In this document: positions 9,234 through 19,477 of the stretch, in pieces | Position numbering within the stretch: position 1 is the stretch's first letter | How the letters are laid out: every line of letters starts with the position of its first letter | Virus record (IMG/VR): IMGVR_UViG_3300030333_002322 | Strand: one strand, 5' to 3' | DNA length: 64,000 nt | DNA from: a virus | Made by a program: the position numbers and the translations under genes | The notes under the pieces: generated by a model | The model's input: the letters and a program-made list of their open reading frames with translations, nothing else | What the model was told of the DNA's origin: nothing | The model's database searches: none

Positions 9234-9608
9234 TTAGGTATTATGTTCTACTAATACTCCAGCGGAACCATCATCAATTGATTGGATGGTGTATGAGATA
9301 CCATTAGCAGTGCAATAACTTTTAATTGAGTTTTGAACTGCTGTCCAATTAGAACTTTTCAATGCACTACCATTACCTGTAGAATCCTCTACCAATGCCT
9401 TGTGTGCATCCCAATCTGCCTTGGTGGGTGATGTTATCTCTGCTGTAAATGTCAATTCATCTTCTGAAAGATCATAACTTGCTACAATACCTCTATCAGT
9501 ATAATCTGCTAATCTTTCAGTGTGCAAATCTGCATCATAATCAGATATCTTAGGCCAAGCTACTCCTGTATTTGGTCTAGTATAAATTTGCCTTACGACG
9601 TATGCCAT
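9234..9608 (-). CDS. hypothetical late protein
   Basis: GGAG SD before MAYVVRQ; late promoter at 9637-9644. Confidence 0.7.
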   Translation of the reverse strand: MAYVVRQIYTRPNTGVAWPKISDYDADLHTERLADYTDRGIVASYDLSEDELTFTAEITSPTKADWDAHKALVEDSTGNGSALKSSNWTAVQNSIKSYCTANGISYTIQSIDDGSAGVLVEHNT

Positions 9609-9636
9609 TTTAGTCTCCAATAATTGTTTATACTCT

Positions 9637-9644
9637 TATTTATA
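9637..9644 (-). promoter_or_regulatory. T4 late promoter
   Basis: intergenic TATAAATA. Confidence 0.75.
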
Positions 9645-9664
9645 AGAGTTTTAATGTTAATTTA

Positions 9665-10729
9665 TTATAAAAGGTAACTTTCCATGTCATCTGGTAAGTC
9701 CTCAAACTCTAATAATCCTAACCCTTCATATCCTGGTCTAACTTCATCAGTCAACAATCCTATTCTTTTAATATTAGGAATGACTCTTTTTAAGAGATGC
9801 TTTCTCACAATTTTATATTGCTTACCTATTTCGTCTTCTTCAAATTGGCATGCGTAATCATGTGCATCCTGTGGATCAAATCCAAACTGTTTATAAAACC
9901 CTGGTCCAAAACCAATTCTATTAAGTAATGTTGTGCAACATTCTAAAGCATACCCTGCTCTATAATTTATCTCATCTTCAGTTAGAGTCTTGAGATAATC
10001 ACCTAAATAATTAATACCAAAAGTTATATGCCTTGCTTCATCTTGTAATATGTAATCCATTATCTGTGCTAAGAGAGGGTCATTGGTATTGTTTCTACAT
10101 ATTTGAAATGTACTTACTGCTAATCCTTCCACCACTATCTGTACAATAATAAACTTTAAATCCCACTCTTTAGATGATAATGCAATATCAAATATGTTTT
10201 TTACACCTTCTCCAATAGGGTAGACACAACCATATCTTTCTGCAATATATCTGCTCATAGTTTCTGCATGTCTTGCTTCGTCAGCAGCTTGTTGTGCTGC
10301 AAATAATTTTGCTTGGTATGTTGGTGCACAGCTTACAAGTTGACCACAACATATTGCACCCATTTGTTCTCCATGCAAGATAGATGATAACTGCCACAGG
10401 TTTTTATGTTTTTGAAATTCTCTCTTATCTTCATCAGAAAGCTCTCTATATGGTCTATAATTAAACCAAAAAGGATCGTCTCCCTCAGGCCATTGTCCTA
10501 ATACAACAATGTCTCCTGGATGTTCTGTATCCCACTCAATATCCTTACTAGGATTCCAGGCTCTCTCCTTACCCAACTCATATATTTTTCTAATACGAGT
10601 ATCCTCATTTCTATAATCCCAATTATAAAAAGAGTCCAAAGGTGTACTAAAAGATTCTGCTAAATCTGAATCGTTCTGAGATGGAAACTCCTGAAAACTA
10701 TCAGGAGTATTGACTTGGGTTATTTTCAT
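9665..10729 (-). CDS. ferritin-like diiron oxygenase (AurF/CmlI-like)
   Basis: LHGEQ, QAADEARH, VEGLA, QDEARHITFG paired ExxH motifs. Confidence 0.85.
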   Translation of the reverse strand: MKITQVNTPDSFQEFPSQNDSDLAESFSTPLDSFYNWDYRNEDTRIRKIYELGKERAWNPSKDIEWDTEHPGDIVVLGQWPEGDDPFWFNYRPYRELSDEDKREFQKHKNLWQLSSILHGEQMGAICCGQLVSCAPTYQAKLFAAQQAADEARHAETMSRYIAERYGCVYPIGEGVKNIFDIALSSKEWDLKFIIVQIVVEGLAVSTFQICRNNTNDPLLAQIMDYILQDEARHITFGINYLGDYLKTLTEDEINYRAGYALECCTTLLNRIGFGPGFYKQFGFDPQDAHDYACQFEEDEIGKQYKIVRKHLLKRVIPNIKRIGLLTDEVRPGYEGLGLLEFEDLPDDMESYLL

Positions 10730-10734
10730 ATCAC

Positions 10735-10742
10735 TATTTATA
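10735..10742 (-). promoter_or_regulatory. T4 late promoter 5 nt before the ATG (leaderless)
   Basis: TATAAATA GTGAT ATG. Confidence 0.7.
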
Positions 10743-10744
10743 CA

Positions 10745-11065
10745 TCAATCATCTAAGTAGTGCTTAACTGCTTGCAAATCATGTTCATTGAGTGCAATTA
10801 TAGCATAATGTAATACTTTCATTAGATCCCTTCTGTGGTCATCTAAGTTACCCTTTTTGCCATAGCGTTGTGCATACTTTAGAATATTACCTATGGCAAA
10901 TCCAATTCCGTGTCCACAATCACTGATAAATTCCGTTGATTGGAATTTGTTTTTACTGTAATGACCATTATAAGTTTCATCGATATACGATTGGAGCTCC
11001 CTTATGAGAGCTCCCTCGTTGAACTTATAGGGTACATCGCCTTTCTTATTCTGAGGCATCTTCAT
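10745..11065 (-). CDS. conserved phage protein (DUF3310-like)
   Basis: TYNGHY, GFAIGNILKYAQRYGKK, DLMKVLHYA; typically follows cobS. Confidence 0.75.
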   Translation of the reverse strand: MKMPQNKKGDVPYKFNEGALIRELQSYIDETYNGHYSKNKFQSTEFISDCGHGIGFAIGNILKYAQRYGKKGNLDDHRRDLMKVLHYAIIALNEHDLQAVKHYLDD

Positions 11066-12230
11066 GTATCTCCTGTTCTGTTTGACTTTCAAAATCTGCT
11101 TCAAGTTCTACTGTAGGATCTACCTTAGTGTACAGATCTATAAAAGCCTGTTTGGTGTCATCATCAAATCTGTTAACACAAAGTTGAACAGCCTTCTGCT
11201 TATCACCAAATACTGCAAACGCATTAACAATATGTTCCAACCTTCTAGTTGAAATCAACTCGTCAATTGCTCCATCGTAATAAGTTCTTCTTATTACATC
11301 ACTCCAAGTTACCAAGTGAGTTGCAAACTCATCGTCTGAGATATTAGCCTTAGCCATTTTCTTAACAACGATCTTTTTCTCGGTAGCCATTGTAGGATAC
11401 TCCTGCTCCACGGTTATAGCAAACCTTTCTAGGAATGCCTCGTCGAGTATGTTGGCTGATATGAATTTGCCATCATCTGAACCTCGACCTTTTGTGTTGG
11501 CTGTTGCAACAATGTTAAAGCCGGGAGCAGGAGTTACGGTTTCGCCTGTCTTCTTGTTAAAATAGGGCTTGCCTTCTAATATTGCTTGTAAGCACATCAG
11601 CTTGTTTGAGCCTCTATCTATCTCATCAAGAACTAGGACTGCCCCGCGTTTCATCGCGGTGAGGACTGGGCCTTCCCTATAAACGACGTTACCGTCAACT
11701 AGAGTATTGCCACCGATTAAATCATCCTCATCAGTTTCAATACTAATATTCACTCTTATTGCCTCTCTTTTAAGATTAGCACATACTTGTTCAACCATTG
11801 TAGTCTTACCATTACCTGATAATCCTGAAATGAATATTGGGTAAAACATATTGCCTTGCAATACTGCTTTCAGGTCTTTGTAAAAACCAAATGGAACAAA
11901 AGTTTCGTCCTTACTTGGAATCAAGTCTTGAACATCAACTCTTAATTTAGCTTGAACAAGCTCTACTGGTTGGGTTTCAACTACTGCTAGTGGTACTCTA
12001 GCTGCTGGAGCTACTGGAGCTGTTTTAGCTACTGTCTGTCCACTGAACATAGTTGTAAGATTATAGACACCTCTGTCTACTTTATAGTCTGGTTTGTTCA
12101 CCAACCAAGCTGGGAAACCAAGTCCTATTTCAGTAGCAGTTTCTATAATCTGCTTTCTAGTAAAAACACCTGTACCGTTGTCCTTAGACTCCAGGGTGTT
12201 AATTAAGTTTTCTCTATCTATTGCTTTCAT
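11046..12230 (-). CDS. cobS: CobS-like MoxR-type AAA+ ATPase
   Basis: GLSGNGKT, LVLDEID, TANTKGRG, AFLERF, ISTRRL. Confidence 0.92.
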   Translation of the reverse strand: MKAIDRENLINTLESKDNGTGVFTRKQIIETATEIGLGFPAWLVNKPDYKVDRGVYNLTTMFSGQTVAKTAPVAPAARVPLAVVETQPVELVQAKLRVDVQDLIPSKDETFVPFGFYKDLKAVLQGNMFYPIFISGLSGNGKTTMVEQVCANLKREAIRVNISIETDEDDLIGGNTLVDGNVVYREGPVLTAMKRGAVLVLDEIDRGSNKLMCLQAILEGKPYFNKKTGETVTPAPGFNIVATANTKGRGSDDGKFISANILDEAFLERFAITVEQEYPTMATEKKIVVKKMAKANISDDEFATHLVTWSDVIRRTYYDGAIDELISTRRLEHIVNAFAVFGDKQKAVQLCVNRFDDDTKQAFIDLYTKVDPTVELEADFESQTEQEIHEDASE

Positions 12231-12267
12231 ATCTAATGTCCTCACATTTATTATTTAATATACCGTT

Positions 12268-12296
12268 ATTATGCACTCTTGTGAACCAAAGGTCAA
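12268..12296 (-). promoter_or_regulatory. sigma70 early promoter with palindromic spacer
   Basis: TTGACC TTTGGTTCACAAGAGTG CATAAT; about 60 bp near-identical to the 14770-14830 region. Confidence 0.85.
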
Positions 12297-12323
12297 GCAT
12301 TTTTTCAAAAGATTTGCACATTT

Positions 12324-14753
12324 TTACGCTACTAACTCTATGATTTGATTAAGGAAAACTCTTTGGGTTGATTTTCCCTTCTGAAATTTCCTAAATCCTC
12401 GAAGTAAATCGCCTTTTTTATTGGATTTTACCTCTAATTCTTCGTCTTTTATCTCTAGTTCTCCCTTACCTTTAATAAGGAACCTAGCAGTGTATCCAAA
12501 GTCGTCTTCAACTCTCATAAACTTACGAGCCAATGTTTCTTTCCAAACATCTTCATCAATGTAATGTCTGGAAACTTTATTACAGAAATTATTCTTACTA
12601 ACTTCCTGTTCAAATCCTCTTCTAGAATTGTCATCTAATAAGTGGAAGTTGATTAGAACAGATTGTGTGATTTTCTTATAGTATTCTAAAAGTAATATCA
12701 CATTCTCTTTTCTATTATTATAATAACTATCATTAGTTGGAATTGAGTATGTTGTTGCTCCATCTTTGATTACAAATTTCTTATCACTATATCTAGCCCA
12801 GTGCTGATCTGAATCTGGGTCATCAACAAAAGTAAGATCATCAGTTGGGTCACCATCTGTTAGAATTATTGTAGTCAATTTTTCTACATTGTAATTCTTT
12901 TGGAATCTTTTTGCTAACTCAGGAGCCAATGTAAGTGCTGCTACAAGTGGTGTACCACCTAGTCTAAAGAATCTGTTATCAAGGTAAACATAATGTCCGT
13001 CAGTTAAATCTGAGTAATACCTAGAACGCTCATAACCTTTTTTCATTACTTGTAGGTAAGCCATTGCGTCGTTCCATTGAACATTGTTCCACTTAGAGCT
13101 AAGTAAGTGTGCAAAACTAAAGTTACCTCTACCACCTTCTGCTGTAAGTTCGTCTACCAATTGTTGTTTGGTATGACTTGATGTTCTTTTTCCTGAATCA
13201 CTAAATCCATAAACATCAAAAGGAATGTTAACTCTTCTGCAAAACATTGCCATCGTTTCCATTTGTTCTAATGTACCCTTCATCTGTCTGTTCATGCTAC
13301 CTGACATGTCTACGAACATTAGGATACCATGATTCTTACCTTGTGGTACGATTTGAGTTTGGTGGAAAAGATCTTCAGTAATTTTGTATGCCCAAAGCTT
13401 GTCCTCATTCAACTTACCTGTTTTAGAAATTCTAGATTTCTTAAATGATGTTGCTGCTTTTTTAAGTTCAAAAGTTTGAGCCATTGAGTTAATTATAGAT
13501 CTTTGTTTTGGTTCATACTCTTTCCAAAGTTTCTGACCATAACCTTTGACATCTGTAATCTCTTCTTCTTTCCAAGATCCATAACTGTCGTCTTCTCTAT
13601 ATGTCTTAGTAACTCTAGCACATTCGTTCCAATCATATACCTCTTCCATTGGAACAACATAATCAGCTACTTCACCTTTAAAAGGTTTGACATGTTTTAA
13701 ATCTTTTGAATCTTGATCAACTAAACCAGCCTCATTTTTTCTAAACTGTGAGTCTGTAATTGAATGTCCATCTTCATCTAAGTAGTCTTGAATCTCATCA
13801 AGAAGATCTTTTTCCTTTTGTGCTTCAGCAACACTATTTAGATCTTCTTTTTCTTCTTCTTCAAGTTTTCTCTCACGATCTTCTAAAGCTTGTCTTTCAT
13901 CCCAAGTCAATCCGTCGTATGATGATCTGCTTGCATGTTCATCTCTACCATTTTCATCTTTGAATTGGTCTTCATCAAGTTCTTGATCATTGTCCCATGC
14001 TTCGTTTTGAAGATCACGTCTACGATTCTCTTCTTTTTCGTATGCTTCTTCAGCTGCATCTCTTTCTTCTTGGATTTGTTCCTTAGCAGCTTCCCTTTGT
14101 TGCTGTCTTTCTTGTAACTCTTCCTGTCCTTCTTCTGTGAAAGGGTAAGGCATATTCTTTTCAATAAAGTTCGAGAGGTCTTCTTGTCTTTCCTGTTGTT
14201 CTTTTTTATGATTGCCATAAAGTTCTTCAGCAAGTGCAATAACCTGGTCCCAAGTTTTAACTTGGCCAATTCTTTCTACTAAATCTTTTTCGTGTTCTGC
14301 GAATGTAACACCAAGTAAATGACCCACTTTATAATGTAGGTTTACTCTGTCAATAAGTGGTAGTTGGTTAACGTCTAAGTTACCAATACCAAAAAAGTCT
14401 TTGTCAAATAATTCTTTGTAACCTTTGTAGAAGGACTTAACTAAACCAGGATATCTTGCTTTAACTTTCTTTTCAATACGAACATCTTCAACAACATTAA
14501 GGAATGCTTTTTTGTTCATGTCTTCAACTACGAAATCATGCCATCCTTCTTCAGGAGTTTCATGTGCGTGTCCAACTTCATGGCCAATAAACAGATCATA
14601 TAAGTCTGTAGACATTTCCTTCCAAACTGGAAGAAGTAATTTTCTGTTCTTAACATCAAATGCCGCTGTAGGCATGTTTTTATCATGAATGACTTCGATG
14701 TTTTCCGTTGCCAAACATTTTGCTAATATTGATTTTGTTTCTATCTGGTTCAT
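12324..14753 (-). CDS. CobT-like protein: HExxH peptidase domain, acidic linker, vWA domain
   Basis: HEVGHA, NVVEDVRIE, MIDAS VDMSGSM, GGTPL, LTDGD. Confidence 0.88.
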   Translation of the reverse strand: MNQIETKSILAKCLATENIEVIHDKNMPTAAFDVKNRKLLLPVWKEMSTDLYDLFIGHEVGHAHETPEEGWHDFVVEDMNKKAFLNVVEDVRIEKKVKARYPGLVKSFYKGYKELFDKDFFGIGNLDVNQLPLIDRVNLHYKVGHLLGVTFAEHEKDLVERIGQVKTWDQVIALAEELYGNHKKEQQERQEDLSNFIEKNMPYPFTEEGQEELQERQQQREAAKEQIQEERDAAEEAYEKEENRRRDLQNEAWDNDQELDEDQFKDENGRDEHASRSSYDGLTWDERQALEDRERKLEEEEKEDLNSVAEAQKEKDLLDEIQDYLDEDGHSITDSQFRKNEAGLVDQDSKDLKHVKPFKGEVADYVVPMEEVYDWNECARVTKTYREDDSYGSWKEEEITDVKGYGQKLWKEYEPKQRSIINSMAQTFELKKAATSFKKSRISKTGKLNEDKLWAYKITEDLFHQTQIVPQGKNHGILMFVDMSGSMNRQMKGTLEQMETMAMFCRRVNIPFDVYGFSDSGKRTSSHTKQQLVDELTAEGGRGNFSFAHLLSSKWNNVQWNDAMAYLQVMKKGYERSRYYSDLTDGHYVYLDNRFFRLGGTPLVAALTLAPELAKRFQKNYNVEKLTTIILTDGDPTDDLTFVDDPDSDQHWARYSDKKFVIKDGATTYSIPTNDSYYNNRKENVILLLEYYKKITQSVLINFHLLDDNSRRGFEQEVSKNNFCNKVSRHYIDEDVWKETLARKFMRVEDDFGYTARFLIKGKGELEIKDEELEVKSNKKGDLLRGFRKFQKGKSTQRVFLNQIIELVA

Positions 14754-14793
14754 ATTCTATAAAAGTCCTTACATTTTTATTTAATATACCGTT

Positions 14794-14822
14794 ATTATGC
14801 ACTCTTGTGAACCAAGAGTCAA
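14794..14822 (-). promoter_or_regulatory. sigma70 early promoter with palindromic spacer
   Basis: TTGACT CTTGGTTCACAAGAGTG CATAAT. Confidence 0.85.
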
Positions 14823-14852
14823 GCATTTTTTAAAATCTTTTTATACCGAAAA

Positions 14853-16301
14853 TCAAAGACTTAGGAGTCTGGACTTATAAAAATCGAATTTTTCTTGTTC
14901 TCGACCCACTATTTCTGAGTCCAAAACGTCATTTGGATACCCTAGGGACGTTTTTTTGAACTGTTCTGCAGTAAACCCTAAGTTCTGGAACCTATTAAAG
15001 AAGGTCCAGGCACCACGTTTTAAGGGTTCTCCTTTGGCGAAATCTAACTGTAATTCTTGTGCCAATCCTACACAATCTTGCCTTGTAATACCATCATCTC
15101 TTGTCCAACCACCCTGTCCGTCTAACTCATATCCATATTGTCCAGGGTTCTTAGCCATTAGACTACCATCATGTGGGTGTATGTATAGTGGGTGATAAGA
15201 AACTACATCTACGGGGCAGTCTGGCTGCTTTAACCACTCATTATTAGCTCGTAATGTATCAGGTGTATCATGTGGTAACCCTACAATTAGTCCTGTAAGT
15301 ATAATCATGTCAGGACATTCCTCTCGTAATCTCATCAACCCATCTTTAAGTTTTTCACCTGGCATACCTTTACCTATTGCTTTACCTGATAATGTATTAA
15401 AGGATTCAACACCAAAAAAGACACTTCTAAGACCACTTTCATATAATTGTTTTGCTGTCTCCCAATGAGATACTATTAGATCTAATCTAGCAAAACTACT
15501 GAACTCAATATTGAAATCCATTTTCATAAATTCCTCATGGAACCTTGCTACTTTTTCTGGACTATCATTATAGGTATCATCACAGAACATAAACCCTGTA
15601 CTTCCAAATCTATTCTTTGCATCTTCTATTTCTTTTCTAACTAATTCAGGAACTCTATTAAACTCCCATATCTTTTTACCATTAAGATCATAACTACAAT
15701 AGCTACATTTAAATATGCAACCCCTAGCAATTTCTATTGGTAAATGTTCGTTAGGAAATATTAAATCATCATCGTCCCATAATATAGAACAGGTTGAAAA
15801 TCTTTCAAACCCTAAGTTCAATGTTCTTTTTGATGGTCTTTTTTCTTCTATTTCTTTTGTAATTTGTAGGACACTTTCCTCACCTTGTCCTTGTATAATA
15901 ATATCAAATGTTTTATCATCAGGTCTTATATGTCCTACCTTTGTGCCTCCTGCTACAATCTTACAATCAGGATTAATTGATCTTATTTCATCTACTAATT
16001 CTGCCCAATCATCTCTTCCTGTAACAGTCATTTGTGCAGTAAAAACATTCGTTCTGTTTTTACCTGTTTGGAGCATGCGTTCATACTCTAAAAATGTAGT
16101 ACTAAGTCCAACCCATAATGTATTCTTACCAACAAATTTTTTAATTATGTTTATAAGTTCTTCTGTTGACCACTTAGTAAAATATTCTATAACCTGTACT
16201 TTATATCCATGAGCTCTTAGTTCAGATGCAATACGATATGTCCCAGCATATCTTCCAAAACCGGGGCTACATACATCTGTGAATAGAATTATATCAGGCA
16301 T
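14853..16301 (-). CDS. cobalamin-binding radical SAM protein
   Basis: B12-binding domain (IASELRAHGY, VGLSTTF, KIVAGG, GQGE) then EIARGCIFKCSYC, FGVES, IVGLP. Confidence 0.9.
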   Translation of the reverse strand: MPDIILFTDVCSPGFGRYAGTYRIASELRAHGYKVQVIEYFTKWSTEELINIIKKFVGKNTLWVGLSTTFLEYERMLQTGKNRTNVFTAQMTVTGRDDWAELVDEIRSINPDCKIVAGGTKVGHIRPDDKTFDIIIQGQGEESVLQITKEIEEKRPSKRTLNLGFERFSTCSILWDDDDLIFPNEHLPIEIARGCIFKCSYCSYDLNGKKIWEFNRVPELVRKEIEDAKNRFGSTGFMFCDDTYNDSPEKVARFHEEFMKMDFNIEFSSFARLDLIVSHWETAKQLYESGLRSVFFGVESFNTLSGKAIGKGMPGEKLKDGLMRLREECPDMIILTGLIVGLPHDTPDTLRANNEWLKQPDCPVDVVSYHPLYIHPHDGSLMAKNPGQYGYELDGQGGWTRDDGITRQDCVGLAQELQLDFAKGEPLKRGAWTFFNRFQNLGFTAEQFKKTSLGYPNDVLDSEIVGREQEKFDFYKSRLLSL

Positions 16302-16309
16302 CTCATCAG

Positions 16310-16317
16310 TATTTATA
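16310..16317 (-). promoter_or_regulatory. T4 late promoter 8 nt before the radical SAM ATG
   Basis: TATAAATA overlapping the receptor stop codon. Confidence 0.65.
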
Positions 16318-17857
16318 TACTGACGTCGAGACTAAGAGTTAGCTCTCTACCACCTGCGCTATACCCTGGTAAAATTTCAAAGTGTCTGTTCATAATATCT
16401 TTGATCTGTAAACCTAAACGATATTTCCTATCGAAATAATATCCTAAATTAAAATTAAATGTTGACATATCATCTATAGGTCTGCCATCAAACTCTAATC
16501 CTTTATCGTATGCTCCTACATATTCAATCATATAATCAAAGTCACCCCAACCATTATAGTAAGATATCTTTGTTTGATATTTAGGAACCCTAAGTTTGTC
16601 TGTGTCTGTGTATTGTGCCAATACATACCAACTTCCGTTCTCAGTTATTATATGATTAGCATACTTAATACCTGTAGATGTGTACTCTCCAGAGTTTATA
16701 TATTGATATTGCATAAAATCAAAATCAATACCCTCATCAAATTCATATCTCCATGCAGTAAATTTTCTATAACTTATTTCAGCACCTTTACCTTCTTCAG
16801 GTTTTAAACTAGGGTTTGCACCCACCCAGTCATCCCCAAATCGTTCATATAAATTAGGAGATCTAAAACTGTTACCTAAGGAAAACTTAATACCTTTTAA
16901 ATCTAATCCAAATCTAAATATGTTTGTTGACTCTTCACGACGATAACCAACTCCAAAATGTGTATTTTGCCAATTCACATATACTGCTGGTCTCTCATCT
17001 TCTAGATCATTATATTTTTCTTTCTGATATGTTGCACCCAATAAAAAGTCACCTATACTTTCCTTAGCGTCAATGTAATATCTATCATTATCTGCTTGCC
17101 AAGTTTTATCTCCTGCACTAAGATGTTCAGTATCATTTCTACTGTAACCTAGTGTTAACCAATCATTTCGTATTGATGATGTTAACTTTGTGCCATTTTG
17201 TTTACATTCATCTGTATTACTCCAGTCAACAGCATAACAATTATCATACTCATATTCATAATCTGTAACTGTAGAAAGAAACTGAAATCCTTGCCACTCC
17301 ATTTTAGATCTTAATGTTGTATTTTTAAACCAATCGTCTTCACTATTGTCTGTCATTACAGAACCGCTAGTACCATGGTATCTTGATACAAGTAAATGCT
17401 TATTACCAAACATCACATAGCTTTGGTCTTCACCACCTTTACTATATAATACGTCTTGCCAATATTCATCTTCTATCAATACTGTTCCTGCCATACTTGA
17501 ACTTCCAAATAATACAGAGTTAGGTCCTGATATTACTTTATAAGATTGATATGAAGGAATGTCTACACCAAAGTCATACCAACCAGAGCCAGGATCGTTT
17601 ACAGGAATTCCATTTCTAAAAACTGCTGTATTTTTTACGTCAGTTCCATTTAATGTTGCTCCAATAAAACCACCCCTACCTCCAGGTGCATATATTTTAA
17701 TGGGTTCTATTGCTTCTATTGCTAGGTTATCTGTTTCAGGATCTGAAAACCCGTTTTTGATTGTTGATCCAACAATTACGATTTCTTCTATATCACTTTG
17801 TTGCGCATAGACAGACGTGGCCAAAAAGGCCACGACTAATACTACCAAATTTTTCAT
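16313..17857 (-). CDS. TonB-dependent outer-membrane receptor, BtuB-like, short (514 aa)
   Basis: signal peptide, TonB box EEIVIVG, plug NGIPVND...GPNSVLFGSSSMAG, FRSPNLYE, C-terminal GYSAGGRE. Confidence 0.85.
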   Translation of the reverse strand: MKNLVVLVVAFLATSVYAQQSDIEEIVIVGSTIKNGFSDPETDNLAIEAIEPIKIYAPGGRGGFIGATLNGTDVKNTAVFRNGIPVNDPGSGWYDFGVDIPSYQSYKVISGPNSVLFGSSSMAGTVLIEDEYWQDVLYSKGGEDQSYVMFGNKHLLVSRYHGTSGSVMTDNSEDDWFKNTTLRSKMEWQGFQFLSTVTDYEYEYDNCYAVDWSNTDECKQNGTKLTSSIRNDWLTLGYSRNDTEHLSAGDKTWQADNDRYYIDAKESIGDFLLGATYQKEKYNDLEDERPAVYVNWQNTHFGVGYRREESTNIFRFGLDLKGIKFSLGNSFRSPNLYERFGDDWVGANPSLKPEEGKGAEISYRKFTAWRYEFDEGIDFDFMQYQYINSGEYTSTGIKYANHIITENGSWYVLAQYTDTDKLRVPKYQTKISYYNGWGDFDYMIEYVGAYDKGLEFDGRPIDDMSTFNFNLGYYFDRKYRLGLQIKDIMNRHFEILPGYSAGGRELTLSLDVSI

Positions 17858-17871
17858 AATGTACTTAAAAT

Positions 17872-18465
17872 TTATTTGCTATAATATTCTGCTACTTCCG
17901 TGCAGCCCCTAATACCCATTGGAACATAACCTGCATGTCCACATGGATAAGAATAGCGTTCCACCAAGTCTCGGTGTTCACTACTTCTCCTTTTACCATA
18001 AGTTCTATTTACATATGACTGTGCGTATGAACCTAAGTTTAACATACGATCAATCTCCATGTAATTGAACCCAGAGTCTTTCATGTATCCAATATCAATA
18101 TCCCTACATCTAGGAAGTGTTGCATCTGGATTTACATACCAACAGAAGTCTTCCCTAACTCTAGGTAAACTTACTCTTGGTTCTATAATAGTTCCGTCAG
18201 GTAGAATTAAGATACTAGGTTGATAATAATGTCTGTAATTACCATGCCTACGTCTTTGTTCATACCCACCATAACTATTATATCTGTCATTGTAATATGG
18301 GTGAGGATAGTCGTCCCTATACTCTCTATTCTTTTGTATCTCTGATCCCAATAGTCCGCCAAAGATAATACCAGCAATTACATCTGATGTATCTGCTGCT
18401 TTAACAGGTGTTGCCATAAATATGGCTGCTAATACTGCCCCTACTATTATTATTCTTTTACGCAT
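17872..18465 (-). CDS. exported hypothetical protein with glycine-zipper-like segment
   Basis: signal peptide ending VKA, AGIIFGGLLG. Confidence 0.6.
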   Translation of the reverse strand: MRKRIIIVGAVLAAIFMATPVKAADTSDVIAGIIFGGLLGSEIQKNREYRDDYPHPYYNDRYNSYGGYEQRRRHGNYRHYYQPSILILPDGTIIEPRVSLPRVREDFCWYVNPDATLPRCRDIDIGYMKDSGFNYMEIDRMLNLGSYAQSYVNRTYGKRRSSEHRDLVERYSYPCGHAGYVPMGIRGCTEVAEYYSK

Positions 18466-18510
18466 ATATCTATACCTCCATTACTATATATACAATAATT
18501 TAAGCACAAA

Positions 18511-19119
18511 TTAAGCCTTTTGTAAAGCATTTTGTTTCGCTTTTGGTCCTCTAGTTCTTTTGATTTTTTTATTCCTTGTTTCTAATCTTTTAGTAACTTC
18601 TGAAGGAGTCATCCAAAAGTCTTTGCCATCTACCATTTGTTTAAGTTCTTGTGGTGTTAAAAAGTCCTTATATACAGACTGGAATAAATGTCTTGCCCAC
18701 TTATCATCTGCTTGTACATTAGCTATCTGTTCGTTACCTTTACCCCAATTACCTGAACTATATGTATGGAACATGAAATGACTATGTTCAGATATTTCAC
18801 ATATCTCAGCACTTAAAAATATTAATGTTGCTGCTGACATACACATACCTTCTACCGAGGCAATTACTGTTGCAGGACTTTCTGCCATTGCTTTCATTAA
18901 TTGTATTGCAGTAAACATAGCACCGCCCTCAGAATTAATGTGAATTATAACAGCATCATGTTCACTAGACATCCGTAGTATCTGATTCCAATCTTGATAC
19001 TCTTTTGGTTCTCCTATTATGCCTGTTAAATATAAATCAAAGACACGGGCAACAGGTCTTTCGTAAGCGTTGCCCGTGGGTTGTATGTTTATTGGTTTTG
19101 CTGGACTAGATTCGCTCAT
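18511..19119 (-). CDS. ClpP-like protease
   Basis: IHINSEGG, GMCMSAAT (catalytic Ser), FMFH. Confidence 0.85.
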   Translation of the reverse strand: MSESSPAKPINIQPTGNAYERPVARVFDLYLTGIIGEPKEYQDWNQILRMSSEHDAVIIHINSEGGAMFTAIQLMKAMAESPATVIASVEGMCMSAATLIFLSAEICEISEHSHFMFHTYSSGNWGKGNEQIANVQADDKWARHLFQSVYKDFLTPQELKQMVDGKDFWMTPSEVTKRLETRNKKIKRTRGPKAKQNALQKA

Positions 19120-19456
19120 AATATCTCGTTACCGCCTTTATTTTTTCAATTTGTTTATCAATTATTGCCGTTCTATTGGGCCAATGTATATATTCCTTCT
19201 CAGGATTTTTCTGCAAATTAAACAGTAAAGGTAGTATGAGATCTTCTACATCACGAAGTTTAGTTGCCACATCAGATTCAATAAGAGCTCTATGCTCATT
19301 TATCATTCCGGAGTTATCAGCTGTCAGTATCTTGGCTTCTAGCTGCTGTAATTTGTCCATTATTTTATCTTCATCTACGGACGGAGCTACTGGTTGTTGA
19401 GCCGGTTGGTCCGGTTCATCAACTGCCGTAAAACCAAAATCAAATTCTTCTGCCAT
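19106..19456 (-). CDS. conserved marine myovirus hypothetical protein
   Basis: DFGFTAVDE ... PLLFNLQKNPEKEYIHWPNR. Confidence 0.7.
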   Translation of the reverse strand: MAEEFDFGFTAVDEPDQPAQQPVAPSVDEDKIMDKLQQLEAKILTADNSGMINEHRALIESDVATKLRDVEDLILPLLFNLQKNPEKEYIHWPNRTAIIDKQIEKIKAVTRYYERI

Positions 19457-19477
19457 AGTTTTCCTCCTTACTACTAT

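Noticed and set aside
9665-10729. Ribonucleotide reductase beta subunit
   Set aside because: Motif spacing and LHGEQ/DEARH context fit AurF-like proteins better, and no nrdA is nearby
11046-14753. CobS/CobT as a cobalamin biosynthesis module next to the B12 genes
   Set aside because: The AAA+/vWA pair is widespread in marine T4-like phages, no CobN is present, and it has separate early promoters; the adjacency is probably coincidental
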